Both the position numbers and the translations under genes were made by a program. Shown piece by piece: positions 36,227 to 44,801 of a stretch of 64,000 nt of DNA. Source of the stretch: Thermoleophilia bacterium (lineage in GTDB: Bacteria; Actinomycetota; Thermoleophilia; Gaiellales; JAICJC01); the NCBI GenBank assembly GCA_025927685.1, contig JAICKX010000002.1, positions 3,442 through 67,441 on the forward strand, read 5' to 3'. The notes beneath the pieces were generated by a model that was not told the origin of the DNA, ran no database searches, and saw only the letters and a list, made by a program, of their open reading frames with translations. Position 1 is the stretch's first letter; each line of letters begins with the position of its first letter.

Positions 36227-36694
36227 GTGATGTCACCCTGCGCGGAAGTCGTCATGATCACGGCCATGTCGACCTTCGTATCCGCCAGGGCGGCGGGTCG
36301 GATCGAGGGGCTCGAGGCGCTCCTCTCGCGCCTGCGACGATGCTCTTCTCCGGCCCAGGCCGAGAACATGGTCGCGTACGCCATCCCAGAGCTGGTCGAC
36401 GCGATCTGGGCCACGCTCTACCTGTCCGACGACGGCCGCCCGCCGGTGGTCTACGGCGACGACGTCTGGCAGCACCTGGCTGACGCGGCCATCGCCCGCC
36501 GGATGCCGTGCGCGACGCGCCGGGACGGGATCGTCACGACGGCGATCCCGATCTTCTCCGACATGGGCGTCGCCGGCGTGCTCGTGATGGCGAGCACGGG
36601 CGAGCTCTCGGACGACGACCAGCGCACGCTGCGGCTCTTCGCCGCGCGCGCCGGGCGCGCGGTCAGGCGGCCCGGGCTCCCCGTCTCGGCCTGA
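36227..36694 (+). CDS. Small GAF-like domain protein
   Basis: LYLSDDGRPPVV..TAIPIFSDMGVAGVLVMASTGELSDDDQRTLRLFAARAG resembles the C-terminal half of a GAF fold. The assignment is weak. Confidence 0.45.
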   Translation: MMSPCAEVVMITAMSTFVSARAAGRIEGLEALLSRLRRCSSPAQAENMVAYAIPELVDAIWATLYLSDDGRPPVVYGDDVWQHLADAAIARRMPCATRRDGIVTTAIPIFSDMGVAGVLVMASTGELSDDDQRTLRLFAARAGRAVRRPGLPVSA

Positions 36695-37787
36695 GCCACA
36701 GGATCTGCTCGAAGTACTCGCCCGCCCGGCGGCCGGTGCGCCGGTTCACGTGCCGCACGTCCCGGCGGGCGATCGCATAGCCGGCCCGGCGGGCGATGCC
36801 GTCGTAGAGCTCGCGGCGGTCGTTCACGACGATCGCTGCCGTCGCGCCCGCCCCGAGCCGGCCGCGGGCGCGCGCCAGCGCCTCGGCGATCCCCTCGCAG
36901 TACGCGTCGATCGCCCGGCGCGCGGTGCCCGCCGCCGCCGCCCCCAGCTCGAGCTCGCGGCGGTCGTCCAGGTCGAGCAGCTCGTAGGCGTAGCGGTGCT
37001 GCTCGTGGTAGTCGATGAGGCCGGGGTACGGCGGAGAGGTGACGATCCCGTCGATCCGCTCCGGGAGCTCTGCGGCCCGGGCGTCGGCGTGGAGCACGGC
37101 GACGGTCGCCGGCGTCCGCACCGCGGCGAACTCGGCCAGGCGCTGCACGGTGTCGTTGGCGTACCTGCGCAGGAAGTGGTCTGCCCGCTCCACCGGCCGG
37201 CAGGTGCGCCGGTGCTTGTGGCACGCGTAGGGCGCGCGCACCGGGGACCGGGGCATGTCGAGATCGTGATGAGCTGCCAGGCGTGCCGACCGGGCCGCCC
37301 GGGAGGCGACGACCATGAGCGTCTCCGCCTCGGCCGACCCCTTGATGGCGCCGCAGAATCCGGCCAAGTCTCCCAGTGCCGCCGGCGCGTACCAGCGGGC
37401 CAGCCACTCCGACTCCGGCGGATCGGCCGCCGGCGCCGCGAGCGCGCGGTCGACGTCGCGTCGCAGCACGGCCAGGTCGTGCTCGGCCACCTTGACGCGC
37501 ATGAGCAGGCAGTTGAACGCCGAGACGTCGGCGCCGATCGCATGGATCCCGAGGGCGTTCGCCTCGACGAGCGTCGTGCCGGAGCCGGCGAAGGGGTCGT
37601 ACACGACGCCGCCCGCGGCCAGGCTGCGGGTGAGCAGCCTCTCGGCGAGCTGCGGCACGAACTTGCCCAGGTATGGGTGCAGGCGATGGACGTGCTTCGT
37701 GCGCTGGTGTTGGGGCAGGTCGCGCTCGGACCACGAGAGCTCGTGGTCGATCTCGGCGTAGAGCGCTGCCTGCGTGCGGCCGGACAC
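36663..37787 (-). CDS. DNA methyltransferase (N4-C/N6-A amino-MTase), apparently orphan
   Basis: HPYLGKFVPQLAERLL..VVYDPFAGSGTT (SAM motif I) is N-terminal. IVTSPPYPGL (motif IV) lies about 180 aa later. Confidence 0.8.
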   Translation of the reverse strand: MSGRTQAALYAEIDHELSWSERDLPQHQRTKHVHRLHPYLGKFVPQLAERLLTRSLAAGGVVYDPFAGSGTTLVEANALGIHAIGADVSAFNCLLMRVKVAEHDLAVLRRDVDRALAAPAADPPESEWLARWYAPAALGDLAGFCGAIKGSAEAETLMVVASRAARSARLAAHHDLDMPRSPVRAPYACHKHRRTCRPVERADHFLRRYANDTVQRLAEFAAVRTPATVAVLHADARAAELPERIDGIVTSPPYPGLIDYHEQHRYAYELLDLDDRRELELGAAAAGTARRAIDAYCEGIAEALARARGRLGAGATAAIVVNDRRELYDGIARRAGYAIARRDVRHVNRRTGRRAGEYFEQILWLRPRRGARAA

Positions 37788-37832
37788 GGCCGCTCAGGCT
37801 ATCCGGGGGGGCGGACGGCTACGGTTCCGGGC

Positions 37833-38177
37833 GTGAGCACGGCCCTCGTCGCACTGATCCTGATCGTCTTCCTGATGGCGTTCGGCTTCGGCCTGCTCGG
37901 GTTCGCGCTCGGCGTCCTCTGGTCGCTCATCTGGTACGGGATCGCGGGGCTCGTGATCGGCGGCCTGGGCCGGGCGGTGGTCTCTGGGCGCCAGGACATG
38001 GGCCTGCTCGAGACCACCCTCATCGGCATCCTCGGCGCGCTCCTCGGCGGCATCGTCGCGAACGACGTCCTCGACGTCGGCTGGCTCGGCCAGTTCCTGA
38101 CCGCGATCATCGTGGCGGCGGTCCTCGTGCTGCTCGTCGACGCGGGTACGCGGCGCAGGACGCGTACGTCGAACTGA
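37833..38177 (+). CDS. GlsB/YeaQ/YmgE-family (transglycosylase-associated) membrane protein
   Basis: GTG 37833 lies within track ORF 36750..38177. Gly-zipper TM segments are WYGIAGLVIGGLGRAV and IGILGALLGGIV. Confidence 0.7.
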   Translation: MSTALVALILIVFLMAFGFGLLGFALGVLWSLIWYGIAGLVIGGLGRAVVSGRQDMGLLETTLIGILGALLGGIVANDVLDVGWLGQFLTAIIVAAVLVLLVDAGTRRRTRTSN

Positions 38178-38200
38178 CACAGCGGCACGATCGGATCGAG

Positions 38201-38273
38201 CGGGGGCGGCAGGATTCGAACCTGCGACCTCGAGCTTAGAAGGCTCTCGCTCTGTCCCCTGAGCTACGCCCCC
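38201..38273 (-). tRNA. tRNA-Arg (anticodon TCT)
   Basis: Reverse complement: acceptor GGGGGCG/CGCCCCC, D-arm GCTC-AGGGGACA-GAGC, anticodon loop CTTCTAA, T-arm GCAGG-TTCGAAT-CCTGC. Confidence 0.9.
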
Positions 38274-38304
38274 GAGGTTGCCGGCTTCGTCCCTGCCGGC
38301 CGGG

Positions 38305-38430
38305 TCAGCGTCTGGCGCGCGAGCTCGTGGCCTCGTCGCCGCGCGCGAGCACGAACGCGACGAGCGCCGAGATCACGACGATCGCGATCACGGGCGCCAG
38401 CGAGATGATTGTCGAGAGGTCGACGCTCAC
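38305..38430 (-). CDS. 41-aa single-TM micro-protein, translationally coupled to the upstream kinase-like gene
   Basis: It is not in the ORF track because it is too short. GTG 38430 overlaps the TGA of the upstream gene (GTGA). It reads VSVDLSTIISLAPVIAIVVISALVAFVLARGDEATSSRARR with high GC3. Confidence 0.3.
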   Translation of the reverse strand: MSVDLSTIISLAPVIAIVVISALVAFVLARGDEATSSRARR

Positions 38431-39644
38431 GGTTCCGTCCCATGGTACCGGCCGTCGAGGAGGGCGGCCAGTGCCGACCCGAAACGGTCGCGAAGCCCGG
38501 TGACCCCGGCGGCGCGCGCCTCGGCGAAGCGCACCGACATCTCGAGCAGCTCCAGCGAGACGACGAGGCGAGCGTCGGAGGCGGGGACGTCGAGCCCGTC
38601 GAGCACGCGCGGGAGCCGCGCGAGGACGTCGGGGACGGCGGAGTCCGGCGGCAGCCCGCGCGCGTTCAGGGCGACCAGCAGGCAGTAGTGGGCGGCGTCG
38701 ACGCCGACCGGCACGTCTTCAGCGGCGCGCTCCCAGTCCCACACCACCAGCCGGCCGCCCACCTCCGCCATGTTCCAGGGCGTCCAGTCGCCGTGGCCGC
38801 GGCCGAAGGTCAGCACGCGCGCGCCGTCCGCCTCCGCGATCCGGTCCGCCATGCCGCGCTGCTCCTCGCCGGCGGACGTGTCGATCCGCTCGCGCACCCT
38901 TCGCCACCAGCCCGACTCGGTCAGGGCGGCCCGCTCGGTCGCACCGCCGAGGGCCAGCTCGCGCGTCGCGGCCGCCGGCGGCTCCGGCGACAGGTGCGGC
39001 CGCCCACCCATCGCCGGAGCCACGGCGGTGACCGCGCTGCCGTCCCAGTCGCCGGCGTGCAGGAGCTCGGGCACGGCGAACGCCGACGGAGGCGAGGCGG
39101 CCAGGCGACGCAGGGCCTCCGCCTCGGCGGCGATCAGCCCGTGGGTGAGCTCGTTCCAGCCCACCTTGGCGAACGCGACGATCCGGCCGTCCGGCGCGGC
39201 CACCTGGACCACCGGCTTCCCGTTGGGCCGGGCCGCTCCCACCCTGACCGCCAGGTCGGCCCGCGGCAGGTCGAGCACGCGCGCCAGATGATGCGAGAGG
39301 ACGAGGTCGGGAAGGTCGGCGTCTTCGACGCCCGGAGCGACCGAGATCGACGCCCGGCCGCGCAGGAGGCGCTGCGCCACGCCGGCCCGCAGCGCGGCTG
39401 CCGCGGCCGCCGCGGCCAGGCGCGCCCGCCGTGGCGCACCGTTGGAGAACTGTGTGACGGCGGCCGCCGCCGGGCCGCGGGCGGAGGCCGGCGCGAGGAT
39501 CTGCGGACGCCGGGCGGAGGGCAGGAGCACGTAGCGCTCGATCGCCCTCCAGCCGGGCGAAACCGGGCCGATCGCGGCCCGGACGCGGTCGTCGGCAGCG
39601 GTCAGGCCGCGGGTGCACGCATCGGCGTCTCGCACGGCCGACAC
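38427..39644 (-). CDS. Aminoglycoside-phosphotransferase-fold kinase-like protein
   Basis: Catalytic loop HGDWTPWN and metal-binding VWDWERA are present. The N-terminal start is uncertain. Confidence 0.7.
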   Translation of the reverse strand: MSAVRDADACTRGLTAADDRVRAAIGPVSPGWRAIERYVLLPSARRPQILAPASARGPAAAAVTQFSNGAPRRARLAAAAAAAALRAGVAQRLLRGRASISVAPGVEDADLPDLVLSHHLARVLDLPRADLAVRVGAARPNGKPVVQVAAPDGRIVAFAKVGWNELTHGLIAAEAEALRRLAASPPSAFAVPELLHAGDWDGSAVTAVAPAMGGRPHLSPEPPAAATRELALGGATERAALTESGWWRRVRERIDTSAGEEQRGMADRIAEADGARVLTFGRGHGDWTPWNMAEVGGRLVVWDWERAAEDVPVGVDAAHYCLLVALNARGLPPDSAVPDVLARLPRVLDGLDVPASDARLVVSLELLEMSVRFAEARAAGVTGLRDRFGSALAALLDGRYHGTEP

Positions 39645-39681
39645 CGTACCGGCTGGGCGCGGAACCGTGTCCGTAGCAGGC

Positions 39682-39709
39682 TTGACGCCTCTATCGTCAG
39701 GGGTACCAT
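39682..39709 (+). promoter_or_regulatory. Candidate sigma-70-type promoter of the polysaccharide operon
   Basis: TTGACG (39682-39687), a 16-nt spacer, then TACCAT (39704-39709). This would leave a leader of about 130 nt before GTG 39848. Sequence pattern only. Confidence 0.3.
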
Positions 39710-39847
39710 TGGCTTGGGAGGCCAGAAAGCTGGACGCGAGGCAATCTCTCCCACCAGCGGCGCTCTCGCACGCGGGCGCCTCGATGACCGAGCTTTTCCG
39801 AGCGGGCCGCGCGGGCTCGATCGCAGACGACCCGAGAGGATTCCACG

Positions 39848-41530
39848 GTGGAAACAGGATGGTATGAGTCGGTCTCGCTGAGCGACTACTTCGGCGTCAT
39901 CGCTCGCCGGAAGTGGATCGTGCTGCTCGTGACGGTGCTGATGACGGTGAGCGCCGTCGCGTACTCGAAGAACCAGACGCCGAAGTACCAGGCGACCGCC
40001 GAGCTCCTGTCGCCCATTCCCGTCAGCAGCTCCTCGAAGTCGGGCATCACCTGGTCGGTCCAGAACGCGCCGCTCGCCAAGACGCTCAAGATCGCGAACC
40101 TGGTGCTCAACGGCAAGCCGGAACCGCTCCCGAAGCTGCCGCCCGACGTCATCGTGAACTCGCCCGACTTCCCGGCCCGCCCGGCGGGCGGCCTCGACGG
40201 CCAGCAGCTGTACAACGCGACGGGGGTTGTGCCAAACGCGACCAGCGACGGCATCGACTTCACGGTCAGCGCGTCCGATCCAGTCCTGGCAGAACGGCTC
40301 GCGACCGCCTGGGCCGTGACGTACGGCAACTACGTCACCTACCAGAACATCCGGCAGACGGCTGAGAAGTTCATCAGCATCGACACGCAGTTACACCCGG
40401 CCTTCTACACGGTGGGCGCCACGAACCCGAAGCTGTGCACGGCGGGCACCTCCGCCGGGTGCCTGACGCAGGCCCAGATCGACACGATCAACAGCCAGGA
40501 GGCGGGGCCGCGGAACGCGCTTCTCACCGCACCACGCCCGCCGGATGTCCAGGCCGCGTCGAACGCCAACCAGACCCAGCCGCAGACGACCCGCAACACG
40601 ATCCTCGGCCTCGTGCTGGGCCTGATCCTCGGCGTGATCCTGGCCTTCATCCAGGACCTGCTCGACAAGCGCATCCGCACCGCCGACGAGGTCGGCCGGC
40701 GCCTGCGCGTGCCGCTGCTGGCGTCGATCCCGTCGCCGCCGCGGTCGCTGCGCGACCATCCGCTCGTGCTGCTCGCGCCGCGCGGTGGGGCGCAGGGCCC
40801 GTCCGCCGAGGCCTACCGCATCGCCAAGCTGAACCTCGGCACCGTGATGCGCGCCAACCGGGCCAAGGCCGTGATGTTCGTGGCGGCCGCCGACTCCGAG
40901 GGGACGTCGCGCACGGTCGCCAACATGGCCGTCGCGCTGGCTCGCTCCGGATCCCACGTGGTCCTGGTGGACGCGAACATGCGCCGCCCCGCGATCGACC
41001 GGTTCTACGGGCTCGACGACCGCACCGGCCTGTCCGACATCCTGAGCGGCCACGGTGACCTCGCCGACGCGCTCACGATCGTCGACGTCGGCGGCGAGCA
41101 GCCCGACGATGTCGGTACCAACGGCCGGGCCGCAACCGGCGGCCTGCTCGAGGTGCTTCCCGCGGGGCCGACGCCTGCGGATGCGGCCGACCTGCTCGAG
41201 TCGCGCGCCATGTCCGAGCTCCTGGGCGAGCTGCGCGGCCGCGCGGACGTGGTCCTGATCGACGCGCCGCCGATGCTGCCCGTGACCGATGCGATGATGC
41301 TCGGCTCGAAGGTGGACGGCGTGATCGTGGTCGCCCGCGCCCGGCTCGCGAGCCGGCCGCACATGGTGGCGATGGCGCGCGCGCTCGACGCCTGCGCGGC
41401 GCCCACCCTCGGCTTCCTCTTCACCGGCGTCTCGGTGTCGGAGGAGAACGAGTACGGCGGCTACGTCGGGGTCGGCGGGGCCGGCCTCTCCCACACGCGC
41501 ACGCCCCAGCGGGAGCGCGAACTGCTGTGA
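39848..41530 (+). CDS. Polysaccharide co-polymerase (Wzz domain) fused to a BY-kinase-like P-loop domain
   Basis: Wzz-type N-terminus DYFGVIARRKWIVLLVTVLM and a second TM ILGLVLGLILGVILAF. The P-loop domain has a degenerate Walker A (AADSEGTSRT), A' (VLVDANMRRP) and Walker B (VVLIDAPPMLPVTDA). Confidence 0.8.
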   Translation: METGWYESVSLSDYFGVIARRKWIVLLVTVLMTVSAVAYSKNQTPKYQATAELLSPIPVSSSSKSGITWSVQNAPLAKTLKIANLVLNGKPEPLPKLPPDVIVNSPDFPARPAGGLDGQQLYNATGVVPNATSDGIDFTVSASDPVLAERLATAWAVTYGNYVTYQNIRQTAEKFISIDTQLHPAFYTVGATNPKLCTAGTSAGCLTQAQIDTINSQEAGPRNALLTAPRPPDVQAASNANQTQPQTTRNTILGLVLGLILGVILAFIQDLLDKRIRTADEVGRRLRVPLLASIPSPPRSLRDHPLVLLAPRGGAQGPSAEAYRIAKLNLGTVMRANRAKAVMFVAAADSEGTSRTVANMAVALARSGSHVVLVDANMRRPAIDRFYGLDDRTGLSDILSGHGDLADALTIVDVGGEQPDDVGTNGRAATGGLLEVLPAGPTPADAADLLESRAMSELLGELRGRADVVLIDAPPMLPVTDAMMLGSKVDGVIVVARARLASRPHMVAMARALDACAAPTLGFLFTGVSVSEENEYGGYVGVGGAGLSHTRTPQRERELL

Positions 41531-41976
41531 GAGTCGTGCTCGTCTGCTCGTCGGGCGGCCACCTCATCCAGCTTCACCAGTTGAAGCCGTGGTGGGAGAA
41601 GCACGAGCGCACCTGGGTCACGTTCGACCTGCCCGACGGCCGCTCGCTGCTCGAGGGTGAGGACGTCGTGTGGGCGCACCACCCGACGACCCGGAACGTC
41701 CGAAACGCCTTCCGCAACCTCATGCTGGCCGTGCGGCTCCTGCCGCGCTACCGGCCCGACGTGGTCGTCTCCGACGGCGCCGGGGTGGCGTTCCCGTTCT
41801 TCGTCGTCGCCCGCCTGCTTCGGATCAAGACCGTGTACCTCGAGGTCTACGACCGGATCGACTCGGCGACGCTCACCGGCCGCCTGTGCCGGCCGCTCTC
41901 GAGCCTCTTCCTCGTGCAGTGGGAGGAGCAGCTTCGCCTCTATCCCGGGGCGAAGGTCATCGGGGGGCTCTTCTGA
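41527..41976 (+). CDS. Alg14-like (PssD/Cps14F-type) glycosyltransferase membrane-anchor/activator subunit
   Basis: GTG overlaps the upstream stop (GTGA). VLVCSSGGHLIQL and TYLEVYDRI-type segments fit the Alg14 family. Confidence 0.8.
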   Translation: MRVVLVCSSGGHLIQLHQLKPWWEKHERTWVTFDLPDGRSLLEGEDVVWAHHPTTRNVRNAFRNLMLAVRLLPRYRPDVVVSDGAGVAFPFFVVARLLRIKTVYLEVYDRIDSATLTGRLCRPLSSLFLVQWEEQLRLYPGAKVIGGLF

Positions 41977-42548
41977 GCGCCGACCTCCCCCTCGTCTTCG
42001 TGTCGGTGGGGACGGACTTCCACCCGTTCGACCGGCTGTGCCGGTGGGTCGACGCATGGCTGGCCGACGGCGGCGACGAGATCGCCCGCTGCTTCGTCCA
42101 GACCGGGACGTCGACGCCGCCGACCCGCGCGGAGCACGGCCAATACCTGGGCCAGGAGCAGATGGAGGCGATGATGCGGGAGGCCGCCGTCGTCGTCTGC
42201 CACGGCGGGCCGGGAACCATCATGCTGGCGTCGACGATGGGCAAGCGGCCGATCGTCGTGCCGCGGCGCAAGGCGGCCGGCGAGCACGTCGACGACCACC
42301 AACACGCCTTCACCCGCCGGATCGCGGCGGACGGCGCGATCATCCTGGCCGAGTCGGAGCCGGACTTCCGCGGCTACCTGAGCGGCGTCCTGCACGCCAA
42401 CGGGGGCGAGCCGCTGCCGCCCCGGCTCACGAGCCCCGCCGACGCCGTGCGCCGCTTCGAGGAGCTCGTCCAGGAGCTCTTCGAGCCGGAGGAGGCCGCA
42501 GGCTCAGCTCCCGACCCCGCGCCGCCGGCGTTCCGCACGAAGGTATGA
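41973..42548 (+). CDS. Alg13-like (PssE/Cps14G-type, GT28 C-terminal domain) glycosyltransferase catalytic subunit
   Basis: LVFVSVGTDFHPFDRL and VVCHGGPGTIM are present. The only canonical in-frame start (GTG 42000) would cut the first beta strand. CTG 41973 overlapping the upstream TGA is my preferred start, but it is uncertain. Confidence 0.7.
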   Translation: MSADLPLVFVSVGTDFHPFDRLCRWVDAWLADGGDEIARCFVQTGTSTPPTRAEHGQYLGQEQMEAMMREAAVVVCHGGPGTIMLASTMGKRPIVVPRRKAAGEHVDDHQHAFTRRIAADGAIILAESEPDFRGYLSGVLHANGGEPLPPRLTSPADAVRRFEELVQELFEPEEAAGSAPDPAPPAFRTKV

Positions 42549-43477
42549 CGCCGGCGCAGGTCCTCTACATCGGCGGCTGGGGCCGCAGCGGGTCGACGCT
42601 CCTCTCGCATCTCCTGGGCGGGCTCGACGGCATGGTGTCGGTGGGCGAGCTGCGCTACGTGTGGCAGGCCGGCCCGGCCGCCAACGAGCTCTGCGGGTGC
42701 GGCCGGTCGTTCGCGGACTGTCCGTTCTGGCAGGCCGTGGGCGAGGAGGCGTTCGGCGGCTGGGAAAGGGTGGACGTCGCCGAGGTGCTCCAGTTGGAGG
42801 CCGACGTCCTACGCCACCGCAACATCCCGCTGCTCGCGTTCCCGCGGCTCTTCCCGGGCCACGCGCGCAAGGTCGACCGCTACGCCGAGCTGACCGCGCG
42901 CGTGTACGAGGCGATCCTGGCCGTCTCGGGCGCGCGCACGGTCGTCGACTCCACCAAGAACCCGCCGTATGCCTACTTCCTGCGCCGGGCGCCGGGTGTC
43001 GGCCTGCGCGTGCTCCACCTCGTGCGCGACAGCCGCGGCGTCGTTTATTCGTGGATGAAGAAGGTGGAGCGGCCCGAGATCACCGGCGACGCCGCCTTCT
43101 TCGAGGAGTTCAGCCCGTGGAAGGCCGGGCTCCGCTGGATGGAGTGCAACCTGGCCTTCGACGTCCTGCGGCTGCGGACGCCGACCGCCCGCATGCGCTA
43201 CGAGGCGCTCGCGGCGGAGCCGGCGGGCGAGGTGGCACGCGCGATGCGGTCGCTCGGCGAGGAGATCGACGCGACCGCGCTCGCCGGTGGCTCGGTCGAG
43301 GTGGCCGGCCAGCACAGCGTGCGCGGGAACCCGATGCGGTTCGCCCACGGCAGGCAGCGGGTGAAGGCCGACGAGGCGTGGCGGCGCGACATGGCCCGCC
43401 CGGTGCGGCGCACGGTGCTCGCGCTCACGTGGCCGCTCCTCTGGCGCTACGGCTATCTGCGAGGGCGGCATGTTTAG
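42545..43477 (+). CDS. Sulfotransferase (Sulfotransfer_3-like)
   Basis: ATG overlaps the upstream stop (ATGA). 5'-PSB-like loop YIGGWGRSGSTLL and 3'-PB-like HLVRDSRGVVYS are present. Confidence 0.8.
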   Translation: MTPAQVLYIGGWGRSGSTLLSHLLGGLDGMVSVGELRYVWQAGPAANELCGCGRSFADCPFWQAVGEEAFGGWERVDVAEVLQLEADVLRHRNIPLLAFPRLFPGHARKVDRYAELTARVYEAILAVSGARTVVDSTKNPPYAYFLRRAPGVGLRVLHLVRDSRGVVYSWMKKVERPEITGDAAFFEEFSPWKAGLRWMECNLAFDVLRLRTPTARMRYEALAAEPAGEVARAMRSLGEEIDATALAGGSVEVAGQHSVRGNPMRFAHGRQRVKADEAWRRDMARPVRRTVLALTWPLLWRYGYLRGRHV

Positions 43478-44801
43478 GGTCCCGGCGGACGCCGTCGACA
43501 TGCGCGTGCCGCGGGAGTACGTGCTCCCGCGCGGCTGGCAGGCCTTCGCGATCGTGGGCCTGATCCCGCTCTGGTGGCTGATCGGCGCGTCGTTCTTCAT
43601 GTGGCCGCTGATCGCCGCGCCGCTCATCGCGGCCATGGTCGTGCGCGGCCGGATCCTGGCCCCGCGCCGGTTCGGCATCTGGCTGCTCTTCATCCTGTGG
43701 GTGATCGCCTCGGGCGTCGAGCTCAGCGACCCCAGCCGGGCGCTGGCGTGGGGGTGGCGGCTCTCGTTCTACATCGCCGGGGCGGCGGTCTTCCTCTACC
43801 TGATCAACGTGCCCGAGCGGCGCATCTCGACGCGGTCGATCGTGAACGCCATGGCCGCCCTGTGGGTGATGGTCGTCGTGGGCGGCTGGCTCGGCGTCGC
43901 CTTCCCCGGCATGAACTTCGCGAGCCCGATGGAGAAGCTCCTCCCGCACAGCCTCGCCGAGAACCAGTATGTGTACGCGCACGTCCACCTGGAGTTCGCC
44001 CAGGTGCAGCACTTCCTCGGGTTCCCGATCGGGCGCCCCGAGACGTTCTTCGCATACACGAACGCGTGGGGGTCGGCGTTCGCGATGCTGGCGCCGTGCG
44101 CGATCTGCTCCATGCTCCACACCGGGTCGCGGGGCTGGAAGATCATCCTGCGCTGCGCGATGGCGGCCTCGATCGTGCCGGTCGTCTTCTCGCTCAACCG
44201 CGGCCTCTGGCTCAGCCTGGGCCTCGCGCTCATGTACGCGATGTTCCGGTTCTGGCTGCGCGGCGACTTCCGCCAGGCCCTGAAGGTGATCCTGGCGTTC
44301 GCCGTCGTCGGGGCCGTGCTGGTCGCGAGCCCGCTCGGCGACCTGGCCACGAGCCGGTTCTCGCACAAGACGGGCGACACCGGCCGCGTCCAGCGCGACC
44401 TGGGCGCCCAGGAGAAGATCGCCGACTCGCCGATCCTCGGATTCGGGGCGCCCCTCGGCGCGGTGCAGACCCCGGCGCACAAGCAGTCGAACCTGGGCAC
44501 CGAGAGCGAGATCTTCCTGCTCGTCTTCTCCCACGGCGTGCCGGGGCTGGCGCTCTTCCTGATCTGGATGTTCTACACGCTCTTCCGCTCGGGGAGGTGG
44601 CGATCGCCGTGGGGGTTCTGGGCCCATATCACCATCCTCGTGGCCTGCATCCAGCTTCCGTACTACGACATCACCGAGCGCGTCCCGCTGGTGATGGTGG
44701 CGGCTGCCATCGCCTACCGCGAGATCGCCCGCAACCCCGAGCCGGAGCCCTCGACGCGGGAGCTGCGGCGGGCCCGCCGGCAGGTCCTGGTCCCCGCGTG
44801 A
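43470..44801 (+). CDS. Wzy-type polymerase / O-antigen-ligase-family membrane protein
   Basis: About 10-12 TM segments. FSLNRGLWLSLGLAL and ESEIFLLVFSHGVPGLALFL resemble the Wzy_C core. It overlaps the previous gene by 8 nt; an alternative ATG is near 43500. Confidence 0.75.
   Translation: MFRVPADAVDMRVPREYVLPRGWQAFAIVGLIPLWWLIGASFFMWPLIAAPLIAAMVVRGRILAPRRFGIWLLFILWVIASGVELSDPSRALAWGWRLSFYIAGAAVFLYLINVPERRISTRSIVNAMAALWVMVVVGGWLGVAFPGMNFASPMEKLLPHSLAENQYVYAHVHLEFAQVQHFLGFPIGRPETFFAYTNAWGSAFAMLAPCAICSMLHTGSRGWKIILRCAMAASIVPVVFSLNRGLWLSLGLALMYAMFRFWLRGDFRQALKVILAFAVVGAVLVASPLGDLATSRFSHKTGDTGRVQRDLGAQEKIADSPILGFGAPLGAVQTPAHKQSNLGTESEIFLLVFSHGVPGLALFLIWMFYTLFRSGRWRSPWGFWAHITILVACIQLPYYDITERVPLVMVAAAIAYREIARNPEPEPSTRELRRARRQVLVPA

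Noticed and set aside
36663-38177. Restriction endonuclease partner for the DNA methyltransferase
   Set aside because: The neighbours are a GAF-like ORF, a GlsB-type membrane protein and a tRNA. No nuclease-like motifs (PD-(D/E)XK, HNH) were seen in any frame.
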